From: the human T2T-CHM13v2.0 reference genome, Homo sapiens
NCBI RefSeq assembly: GCF_009914755.1
Contig: NC_060939.1
DNA length: 64,000 nt
Strand: one strand, 5' to 3'
A program made the position numbers and the translations under genes. Below, one piece after another: positions 52,795 to 64,000 of this stretch; position 1 is the first letter of the stretch, and every line of letters begins with the position of its first letter. The notes below the pieces were generated by a model, which made no database searches, was not told the origin of the DNA, and saw only the letters and a list, made by a program, of their open reading frames with translations.

Positions 52795-53412
52795 CCGTGG
52801 TTCTCAAGCTGTAGCATCCATCAGCATCATCCGAAGGGCCTGTTAAAATGAATGTTGCTGGACTCTTCCTCTATTTTTTTTTTTTTGGATCTTGGGTAGG
52901 GCCTGAGATTTTGCATTTGCAACAAGATCTCAGGTGATGCCAACACTGCATGCCTGGGGACTGTGCTTTGAGAAGCACTGGCTTACTACCACTGAGCTTT
53001 TCAGCAAGGTAGGGTGATTAACCCAGAGATCTTCCTGTAGCTGCTGCTGCATGAAATCTTCCAACTCCTCACTGCTCAAATCGTGGTCCCAGGACCAGCA
53101 GCATTGGCAATTCCTAGGGTCTTGTAAGAGGTGCAGAATCTTGGGCCTTCCCCAGCCTACTCAAACAGAATCTGCATTTTAGCCAAGTTCCCAGCTTCTT
53201 TGGGTGACCATTAAAGTTTGAGAAGCACCGGCTAGCGCTGTCATTCTCAACCCTGCTTTGTACGTTAGAATCATCCTAGGAACTTTAAAAACAAAGCCCA
53301 AAGCACCAGTTCTGACCAAATAAATCGTTGTTGCTGTGGGTGGAGCCTGAGAATCAGTGGTTTTTATTCTCCCCAGGTGATTCTAATGGCCAGTCAGGGT
53401 TGACAACCACTG
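52795..53412. mobile_element. Cluster of about three MER5-family hAT relics (about 52795-52982, 53070-53232, 53240-53412)
   Basis: gtggttctcaa...ctttgagaagcactg; ctgctcaaa...ccagcagcat...aaagtttgagaagcac; ttctcaaccctg...ccccaggtgattctaat...accactg. Confidence 0.65.
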
Positions 53413-54593
53413 TTGTAGGACTGACTGGTGCCATCACAGGGGCCAGAACCAAGATACAGTCTGTAGCCTCATCTTGTCCTGCCAGGATAACTGCCCTCCA
53501 AGTTCTCCCAGAATGCTGAGTTTTTCATTTGCACAGTTGTGTGCGTGGAGGTTGCTGGTAAACTCAGCGCCATTTCTCCCAGGTACCCAAAAACAATAAA
53601 CATTTGCTTTGGGGAACTCCAGAGTACAAACATGTATGGCAGACTCCCATATCCAGTATAATTGGTAGAGTTTTAAAATATTTAAGATTTAACATTCCTG
53701 CTTCACCAGTTTTCAAAGAATTAGAATGCCATAAATTATTTCTAGTGCTAGTCACATCCTGAACATAGATGAGTATTTTTGGGATGTTTTGGGAAGCAGA
53801 TGAGCACCTTACTGCAGGGTCATCATTATCAAGATAAATGATCATTTATTAGGTAAGTTCTGAAATGTCAGAAAATAGAGAACTTGCTATTTATAGGTTC
53901 AAATAAACGTAAAGTATAAGAGCTGGAAAGGTTTTTAAAAACCATTGAATTTCCATGGTAGAAGAAGTATAAGGCACAGGACCTGCCTATGATTTGCCCG
54001 AGGTCCTGTCACCTGCTAGTGGTAGATCTGGATCCAGAACAGGGATCTCAACCCATCCCCTCATCTTACCAGGAAAGGTCTTACCGTCTACATGAGCATG
54101 GCCCTTAGTTGTCTTTACGACAATGCACGTTGTAAGCAAGAGGCATTTCCTACATTGACAGAGAACATGTCTAAGTTGAAACACCCTCTTTCTCACCCTG
54201 CACCCTGCAAAGCAAGGTGAAAATTAGCAACAACTATTAGTGCTAATGTGCAGTATTATGATGAAACATTGATTTTTCTCTCCTCATTCTTTTTCACTTG
54301 AATTTTTCTAAATAAGGCCACGTGGAATTTTTCTCCCTAAGATCTTAAAAGTTAAAAACACAAACAACATAATTAACATAAGACACAAGGGAGAATTTGC
54401 ACGCCATTGAGTATCTCTTGCTCCTTAAGAGGCCTGTTAAGGATACTGTTTAGGATAACTTAAGGGCCCTGTCGGTGCTGGCCTCATAAGAAGAATGTAG
54501 CCAAAATGCTGGTGTGATTTTATGGCGGGGCTTCTCCGGTCTCCTGGGTAATTCTGTGCTGTGATTGTGTTGTGCCGTTGTCTGGCTTTGCAG

Positions 54594-54702
54594 GCATCTA
54601 GGGTATGGGTTCAGAACAAAGTCGACGAATCCAAACACGAAATCCATTCTCAAGTTGATGCTATCACGGCCGGAACGGCTTCAGTTGTTAACCTCACAGC
54701 TG
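54594..54702 (+). CDS. TLN2: Talin-2 coding exon 14 (c.1588-1696), R1
   Basis: ttgcag|GCATCT...GCTG|gtaagt; ASRVWVQNKVDESKHEIHSQVDAITAGTASVVNLTA. Confidence 0.98.
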
Positions 54703-55479
54703 GTAAGTCCCGGAGAGATTTGTGCTGCATTGGGGTTTTGTTTAAAAGCTGTGTTTTTTTTTTTAATTTTAAAAAATAAGTTATCTGTTGATTGAAACAA
54801 TAGACTTTATATTATGAGAGGATAGTCTAAGGCACTTTTAGTGCTGTAGGCATTTTCTCCCAGTGACCCAGGAGAGTGGGAAGGAACATCTCATTGCTTT
54901 TTGCCTGTATCATGCATCCTCATTAAAAAGCATCTATTCAGATCTTCTCACGGCTTGTCAGTGTGCCGGACATACTGCAAAGTCTACTGAGGCTACTTTC
55001 TGCCTTCTGGGCACCTACAGTTGGAAAATGGTTTTGAATGAACAGACCTGTCATATGTGCCTTTGCCCATGTTGTCCAGCAGTGGTCTCTTCTGGCACAG
55101 TGTGGCTCCCAGCCTTTCACTGTCAGAGGAGAGCTGGGAACTTGCTTGTTTCACCCTGCAGCAGCCTTTCAGGAGCAGAGTTGACCCCCTGAGCTGCTGA
55201 CAGGGGCCTAATGAAAAGGGCTGTGAGATGCCGAGACATCCTCTGGATTTTTAAAGGTGGTTGTACTCAGTATTTCAGTGCATGAGGCCTCCAGGTGAAA
55301 GGGCCTTTTTGAAGTCACCTCGGAGACAGGGAGCAGGCCAGCTCACTGTGCTCATGTGAAGCTTGGTGTCTGACTCCTGCAGGATGGTAGGTGAGGAACT
55401 CCTGCCAGTGTGGGGTTTTGAAAATTCTCACCAGAACCATGTGCCCTCCTTTGATGGGGATGGTTCTTTTCTGTGCCAG

Positions 55480-55688
55480 GTGACCCTGCAGACACTGACT
55501 ACACAGCTGTGGGATGTGCGATCACCACTATTTCTTCCAACCTGACGGAGATGTCCAAGGGTGTGAAGCTATTGGCCGCCCTCATGGATGATGAGGTGGG
55601 CAGCGGGGAGGACTTGCTCAGAGCTGCCAGGACCCTCGCTGGGGCGGTGTCAGACTTGCTGAAAGCTGTGCAGCCTACTTCTGGAGAG
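55480..55688 (+). CDS. TLN2: Talin-2 coding exon 15 (c.1697-1905), R1
   Basis: tgccag|GTGACC...GGAGAG|gtaagc; GDPADTDYTAVGCAITTISSNLTEMSKGVKLLAALMDDEVGSGEDLLRAARTLAGAVSDLLKAVQPTSGE. Confidence 0.98.
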
Positions 55689-56253
55689 GTAAGCTCCAGA
55701 GGCAAGCAATCACTCACGTTCTGATGGGACAGCTGCATCCACTGGGGGACCATGGGGCTCTTGCTTCCCGAGCTGTTCCTTGCGTCTTGATGGGGTGTGT
55801 TTCTCTCTGCAGGAGTAACTGGAGTTGTGGAACTGGGTGCAGAAGCTCATCCACATTCAGGAGTGGTTGAGCTCTTAGTATAAAGGCCTCCCCCTCAAGG
55901 GTACTTGAGTAGATGCAGCTACAGGAACTTAACACACATGACTAATACGCATTTAAGGGGAATAGAAGTTTGCACCCTAATTTCCACAGAATGCATCACC
56001 TTCTTACCAAATGAACAAGGCTCACTAATTGGCCATTTCAAATCCATACACCTATATTGCTGGTTTGTGAGACACTGGATGTTTCCTTTCACGGATTTCA
56101 CCAGGATGTCTTCTATCTGGCAGACCACCTGAGATTCTCACTGTCAGACAAAGGGAGCAAATTCTGTGAGATTCTACTTCCTGTACTTCCATGTCTGATG
56201 GCACTGGAGGAAATGCGTTTTCTTTCCAATTAAGGTGTGTTGTTTGTTCACAG

Positions 56254-56352
56254 CCTCGACAGACAGTTTTGACTGCTGCTGGCAGCATCGGACAAGCCAG
56301 TGGGGATCTTCTGAGACAGATTGGAGAGAATGAGACTGATGAGCGATTCCAG
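56254..56352 (+). CDS. TLN2: Talin-2 coding exon 16 (c.1906-2004), R1/R2 junction, ends at Gln668
   Basis: tcacag|CCTCGA...TTCCAG|gtaaga; PRQTVLTAAGSIGQASGDLLRQIGENETDERFQ. Confidence 0.98.
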
Positions 56353-56494
56353 GTAAGATATTTGCAGGCTTATAGTCATGGAAAGAAGTCTAAGTGATGG
56401 TCTAGACCCGAGCAGGCAGAATGTAATATTTGAAAACTAACTAAATCTTTGAGATAGTCAAGAATGCGATTGAGATGGATTATCTTGGGAGTGA

Positions 56495-56887
<393 letters not shown>

Positions 56888-57090
56888 GTGATTATTTTTT
56901 TTGTTAATGTGCTGGACATTCTTTAATCACAAGAAGGGAGGAAATATTAATAGTGTCATGAACTCCTGGTATCTGTCACCTAACCTCTGTGATCATTAGT
57001 TCCTGGCCAGTCTTACTTTATCTGTTCAGGAGGAGGTTTTAATGGCATCATTCTTGAGTCCTCATAAACATGAAGTTTATGTTTACTTCG

Positions 57091-57100
57091 ACACACACAC

Positions 57101-57138
<38 letters not shown>

Positions 57139-57157
57139 AGAGAGAAAGAGAGAGAGA
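57091..57157. repeat. Compound microsatellite (AC)n(GC)n(AC)n(AG)n
   Basis: Direct reading. Confidence 0.95.
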
Positions 57158-60100
57158 ATTTCCTTTGTACTCAGAGGTGGTTTATTTTTTGTGTCTTATC
57201 CAAAACCACAAGCGTGGCAGGGAAGTCTTTTTTGTGACCCTTCTTTTTCAATACCAGGGACCTGTGGTGCTTGCCCTCTGGGGAGCGACTGTCACCACTG
57301 TCTGCAGTATCACCTCACTGCAGCTCAGAAAGCATCAGACATCTCTGCTCATCTGCCTCCATCCCTGTCCCTCAAAGGGTGGGGCGCAGAGGCCTGCTTC
57401 TGGGGTGGTTCAGGCCAGGATGAGCTGCTTACGTGCTGGTGGGCCAGTGCCCTTTACTCCTTCTCCTAAGTCTCTAATTTTGCAAGTAATATATAAATAT
57501 ATCCTAATTAAATTGTTACAGTTCTGGCCCAGGTTCTCTGAAAGATGCCCTTTTCCAAATCCTGTGTCATGTTCACTGTTTAGGAATTGTACAGAATTTC
57601 ATTGGCCTTCACTTATTAAAATGTTTTTTGAATTATTTATTTATATATATAATGAAATATTTACTTAGAAGAAATCACAAAAAATTACGAACTTATATGA
57701 ACTAACACCACAAATATCACCAAATCTAGAAAAATAACGTAATGTTTTTATTAACTACCTGACACTTCTAAATACCTTTTTTCCTGCATTTTTGACTTCA
57801 TCTGTTTTGACCACCTCTTCGTTTGGCAATGATTTTATAATATTTTATAGACGGAACAAAAAGATCCTCTGGCATTCAGGTTTCTTGCTTCATGGGTGGC
57901 AATTTTGCATGCCATTTTATCTAGAACTTCCAAATTTTATAAGCATAAGATGTGTTAGTTAAACGAAGATGGGATCATGTATGTTGTGAGACATGAAACT
58001 TCAACCTTCATCCATAGATGTGTTTGTTTCTCCTTCACTCTCCACATGCCTGTGGCACTGGGCTATGGGACTCATTCATATCCTGCAGTGCAATAAGACA
58101 TTCAATGTACAGACATTCGTGTCATGATAGAGGTTGAATTCATATGATGGGTGGTAGGAATATTCCTGGAAGCCATTTCTACACTGAGATGGCTGGTCAT
58201 AAGTTCCCTAGAATCAAAATGAACTGCACATCAATATATTCTGCTAAACCCAAGTTAATTGTGTCCCCATTCTAATTTGCCTTTCCATATCCCCAAACTG
58301 CCCTTGCATTGGCCTTTACTTTTTATATTAGGGCAGGTAATTATTTGTAGGCAGGTACCTATTTAGGAACTTGGTAAATATGAGATTCAGCTGCTGTTTT
58401 ACTGGGCTTAATTATCTTGACGTAGTCATTTATGTTCCCCAAAAGTATTAATATTATTGTTTTCTCCAAAGTGCCAAGGAAGGTTAAGGAGAAAGTCACA
58501 ATTCTTCCTTTAAACATCCCATGCAACCTTGTATTTTTTAAAAGCTTTTCCTGCCTCTCCCTGCTTTAGCAGATTATCTTCATTGTGTGTGAATGTCAAC
58601 CCTGCTTCCTAATGTTTGTTTCTATTCAGATGTGCAAAGGAAGCAGGTTCAGGTTCAGGGTGACAGTCCTACAGAGCCTTTGTTAGCAGGGACAGGCCAG
58701 ACTTGAATGTTTTCAATTGTTTAGCTCTCTAGGTAAAGACCAGGGCAGTAAGGTGATCCTGCAACCTCCTCCAGTTATGGGTAACTGACATTGGATTTCT
58801 TACTCTATTCTTCTGATTCTTGAGATCATATCTCAGAGCTTTTCTTGGTTTCTTAATGTACTGCATGTTCCCATAGTTAACAAAGATTTATTTTACACTG
58901 GCTATATAATAGTGGTCTTGTTGAAAATTTTGACAAAGGCCTTGTCAGCAGCTATAGCTGTAGTATCACATTCTTTTTCTGACTGTATTTTTTTGGACAA
59001 AATTAATAAGAGGAACAGGATTTCTTTAAACAATTCTAACAAAGTCCTTTAGAACAATCATGATTCTATGTGACCAAATCCTGGCCCCCCATCTGAAAAG
59101 ATGAATTCATATCAAGTGAGGGAATACTATGACCTACTTTGGAAAGTTATTTTTAAAAATCTTTTTAATAATTTGTGACATTCAAGCTGTGTTTTCACTG
59201 AGCATTGAGATAGATGTCCAGGAATTGTAACTTTGCCATAGTGGGAGCAATTCCTAAAAGTTGTGTGGTAGACAAGTGCCAGTCAGATCCCAAAGGGATC
59301 TTCTGCTTTCAGCACCATGGGCTTTAATTATACCTTGGATAGCCAGGAAACATCACAGACCTGAGAAAGACTGGAATAACCTGCTCCTTTAAGACCACTT
59401 AGTTTTTGTCCATTTTAAAATCAGCTTACTTGATAGATTCATGGGTTTCTGGTTTAGCTGGATTGTATCTAGTCTTTGTTCTATGTAAAATTGTGCAGGC
59501 TGAATATTATTTCCAATGTATCTTTTCATAAAATATCTCACTGTAAAGACGCTGTGGGTGCCCTTTACATTTAGAATCAAATGTGCTCTTTATCATCTGA
59601 TGAATTAATAAAGACTTCTGACCGTATTTCCTTGAAGGGAAAAGCCTTGACATGTTTGTTCCAAATAAAAATGGCTCATATGTTTGGGAAGGCATTTCCA
59701 AGTCAAATAAACACTTTCAGTATTAAAAGCAAAGAAGTAAATTAATTGTAACCATGGTTCTTCTTCAGGTCAGACAGATGGGTGACAAATCTGGTAGGCT
59801 CAATCAAAGGATTCTTCTTTCTGCAGGCAGAATGCCTAGTCATTGAGTTGAAGCATAAACTAGCTCCTCGCATTTTCAGTCAGACCATCTTATAGCTAGT
59901 GTATTTATATAGGCTCTCTTTCTGCTTTCTGTAATAATTTAATTCCTACCCAGAAGGCTGCAGAACACTGAGAATAACTCATGTTCAGAGCATTTCTTGG
60001 CTCTTGAGCTATAGGTATTGGTGCCAGCTATGTGTCTGTGCACATCAAATGTTGCCCTCTGGAGGTAGAGATATGGCTAAATTTCTGATGACGACTTGGA

Positions 60101-60574
60101 TCTTTGTGCAAAGTAGAAATCCAAAAGATACATTTTCAAGTTGCAGTGGGGCATGATGACTGGAGGCCATGAATTATAACCTTCTTATGGCACATGATGT
60201 TGTGGCATCTGGATATGTTTTCAGCTTCTCCTGATCTACCATATCAGCCACTCATTCAAGAGACGTGGTCAAGACTTCGTGTTAGATAAGTGCATGAATG
60301 GGAATCAGTGGTTAAAATAATGACCCTTCCCTCAAATTAACTATTTTAGATTTAAACCTATGCTACTTAATGGATGTAAGAGACTGAGTTATTAGGATAC
60401 AAGTCTCCTTTTTTAATTACTTCTAAGGATAAGTTGACATTTCAAAAAAAAGTAAAAAAACTTCTAAAGTACTGAAGGAAAAAGATCAAATGGAATTTTA
60501 ATAACGTTTATTTTCAGGCTGTGAAAGGTGATTAGAGAAAAATAAATGAATAGTCTTTGATTCCCTTTTCTTAG

Positions 60575-60742
60575 GATGTTTTAATGAGTTTGGCCAAAGC
60601 TGTTGCCAATGCAGCTGCCATGTTGGTACTAAAGGCAAAGAATGTTGCCCAAGTGGCCGAAGACACTGTCCTACAGAACAGGGTAATTGCTGCTGCCACC
60701 CAGTGTGCCCTCTCCACCTCCCAGCTTGTGGCATGTGCCAAG
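60575..60742 (+). CDS. TLN2: Talin-2 coding exon 17 (c.2005-2172), R2
   Basis: tcttag|GATGTT...GCCAAG|gtaagc; DVLMSLAKAVANAAAMLVLKAKNVAQVAEDTVLQNRVIAAATQCALSTSQLVACAK. Confidence 0.98.
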
Positions 60743-61990
60743 GTAAGCCAGCTGGCACCCCAGCCCTTTCTACCCAGTATCACCTGCTGTTACCTGCCTC
60801 CAGGCATTTGGTGTGTAGCAGGGGCAGAATTTGTTTAAATAGTCCGAGATTTAGAGCTTCCTTAAAGTGTCTTAAGTGATGATAGGATTTTAGCATAAGC
60901 GGTCAAATTCTGCTTTTATCATTTGTTCTTTGCCCAAGTCCTCAGGCCGTTGGTACTTTTCACTAGTTCATTTCTATATGCAAATTGCTGTGTCTCCCCT
61001 TTGGACTTCTCAGTGCATCTTTACACCTGCACAAAAATAGTTCTTGCAATGCGTGGTACAGCATTACAAATGGGTTCAGAAATAATCCACAGAGTTTATG
61101 GGAACCCTTTCTAGGCTGCACAGGGTCCGAGTGGGGATTTTAATTGTTGCCAGGGTATACACACTCAGTGTGTCATACATCACCTCATTACATCTCCCCG
61201 GTAATCCTGCAAATTAAGCACCATTATCTCTAGTTTACTGATGAGGAATCTGAGGCCCTTAGATGTCAGTAGGTTAAGGCCACAGAAGTAGTAAGTGGCA
61301 GAACTAGAGTTACAACTCAAGTCCATCTGCCTCCAAATACGCTTTCCCCTCTACTTCATGTGTCCTCTCGGTGATGATGCAGCAGAAGATGGGAAATGTC
61401 CGTTTCTGGAATTGATGGCCTGTCATGTTGTGTAGATCTGTGATCTGGCTCAGCTTGGCATCAGTAGCCTGTGGTAAGATTTGCAGCATCGTCTCCCTCA
61501 AGCTTTCATTGTCCACGCTGCTAGAATTTACAAGGAGCTGACAGAACCCCCCTGTTCTTTAAAGGACTATGAGGCAGAGTTTCAGGTGTTTCTGGGAATA
61601 GAAATAGAATTCTTTTAGGTAGTCTTTGTATCCCAACTCAAAAGACTCAATTCAAAGGATCCTAAAATGAAGGAGGTATAATTGGGAAATCTCAGAAATT
61701 TCTCTGTATGGAAGTAGGGCAGTAGTATGGACTGTCACATGTGACTAATGAAGTTATAAATTAGTGGGACATGTCAAATCACAAGGATGAAGTAGAATAG
61801 CAGAGCGTGTGAGACTGAAGCAATGGTTTCATTGAATGAAATGGTCAGGTAAGTAAGAAACCGAGCAGTGGTCCTGTAAGTAAGAAACCGAGGCCCAGAG
61901 CAGGAAGGGCTTTGATGGGACTGCGGGGGCACATGGAGAGGGACCAGGATTCAACCACAGTGCCCAAAACCTGTTCCTGTCTCACTTCAG

Positions 61991-62285
61991 GTTGTGAGCC
62001 CCACTATTAGCTCCCCTGTGTGCCAGGAGCAGCTGATTGAAGCAGGGAAGCTGGTGGACCGCTCGGTGGAGAACTGTGTCCGTGCCTGCCAGGCGGCCAC
62101 TACCGATAGTGAGCTCCTGAAGCAGGTCAGCGCAGCGGCCAGCGTGGTCAGCCAGGCCCTCCATGATCTCCTGCAGCATGTGCGGCAGTTTGCCAGCCGA
62201 GGCGAGCCCATCGGCCGCTACGACCAGGCTACTGACACCATCATGTGTGTCACCGAGAGCATCTTCAGCTCCATGGGTGACGCTG
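61991..62285 (+). CDS. TLN2: Talin-2 coding exon 18 (c.2173-2467), R2 into R3
   Basis: cttcag|GTTGTG...GCTG|gtaagg; VVSPTISSPVCQEQLIEAGKLVDRSVENCVRACQAATTDSELLKQVSAAASVVSQALHDLLQHVRQFASRGEPIGRYDQATDTIMCVTESIFSSMGDA. Confidence 0.98.
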
Positions 62286-62589
62286 GTAAGGCACTGTGCT
62301 GTGGGTGGGTGGATGGGTGGCTTTTGATGTTCCTGATGGTGGTGCTAACCCATAGGGAAGGTGAAGGCTGCCTGGATGACTGGCAAGGGCAAGTTCTCTT
62401 CAGTCTCAAAGACTTCCCCACTGAAGCTCAGAAAAAGATATAAGACTCTTCCATAGTCATGCTTACAGATTTCTACAGAGTTCACTGGGTTTTTGTTATA
62501 ATGGTTAGATTTTGTTATTTTGTTAGATTTACAGTGAATCCCCTTTGTTCTGCGAATGCACGTGTTGGGTACGGTATGGCAAAGTTGGA

Positions 62590-63075
62590 GCAGCCACAGA
62601 AGGAAACAAGATCAAGGCTTGGAATTTAAGAAGTTTATTATACTTGCATGTCCCCTGGAGGGCTCACCACATGCCGCACAGGGTCATGGGAGAGCACCGG
62701 GGTGGTCAGGAGGGAGAAGACAGAGGCAAGGGGAGGGCCTAGACCATGGCCTTTATTGGAGCTTCCTTGGGAAATGCAGGGCAGAATAAACAATTTAGGA
62801 TTGGCTAGTTTAAATAATTTTGGCAGGCTCTAAATTATGGAGGTGGTGGCTAGTTACCTGGTACCTGGCCCTGGGGTGATCCACGCAGAGGAGCAGTGTC
62901 TCCTGGGTGTCTGGGCCAGATAGAGGAGGAATAGCTCTGGGTTGGTTAGTTTGCATATCAAAGACACGTTCCCTGCTGAGCCTGTGCAGTCTCTAAATTG
63001 GCCAGCCCTAAGAGGACAGTTTGTCTCCAGCAAAAGGGTGTTTTCAGATTCCAAAGCATCATACCTAATATACAG
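62590..63075 (-). mobile_element. Possible old ERV solo-LTR relic
   Basis: Reverse poly(A) signals (tttatt) and ggttagtttgcatatcaaag resemble ERVL-class LTRs; family not identified. Confidence 0.35.
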
Positions 63076-63179
63076 TCAGTTTAAAAACATACGCAATACA
63101 CCTTTTTATAATCTATTGAAAAGTAAGTCTCCCCAAACCCAGCTTACCACTGTGCCATCAAAATTCCCGAAATTCATAA

Positions 63180-63551
<372 letters not shown>

Positions 63552-64000
63552 TAATCTTTTTAGTGGCAGCATAGTATTCTATTTTTTGTAGGTATCATAA
63601 TTTAACCAATAATCTTTTAATGGACATTTAGTTTTTTTGTTTGTTAGTTCATTTTGCTTTTACAAAAATACTACAATAAGCATTCTTGTAAAAATAGTTT
63701 ACTCTTCCTACGTAGGGTAAATTCTTATTAATGGAGTTGCTGGGCCAGTAGGTAGATTTTTATTTTAAATGTATTTAAGAAATTTTTCTCCAGAAAGGAC
63801 CCACAATTTGCAACCCAACTAGTAATCTGTAAGAGATCTATTTTTGTGCTTCCTTGCCAGCATAGAACAATACCTTATAACGAGTTTTGGTGTTTTTAGA
63901 AAATTGTCTTGTGTTCTTCTGTATCCTTAAATAATTTAACAAGATAGGAATGCTTCACACATTTGAATTTGTTGTTGTTTGTTTGTTTTTGACAATCCTT

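Noticed and set aside
57042-57668. Longest ORF in the track (208 aa)
   Set aside because: Runs through a microsatellite (THTHTH, RERERE), has no recognisable domain and no splice support

Overview
Eukaryotic (hominid, almost certainly human) genomic DNA covering the 5' coding part of TLN2 (talin-2) on the + strand. I traced 18 consecutive GT-AG coding exons (871-62285) that splice in one frame to codons 1-822: FERM head F0-F3, head-rod linker, rod R1, R2 and the start of R3. The gene continues beyond the window. Introns contain about 22 Alus, old L1/L2/MIR/MER/MaLR relics, an antisense SVA with TSDs but no SINE-R, a tailless 5S rRNA retrocopy and a 32-bp VNTR. There is no prokaryotic-type system or CRISPR array. 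The main unexplained structures are: (i) several local templated copies (a 470-bp segment copied from 10 kb away into one member of an older duplication flanking exon 3, a 138-bp gap-free inverted repeat, and a 34-bp patch); (ii) three in-frame alternative acceptors before the linker exon that would break the SPKK CDK motif; (iii) a candidate in-frame cassette exon in the intron paralogous to the one holding TLN1 exon 17b. Exon numbers are coding-exon counts within this window. Repeat boundaries and subfamilies were read by eye and are approximate.
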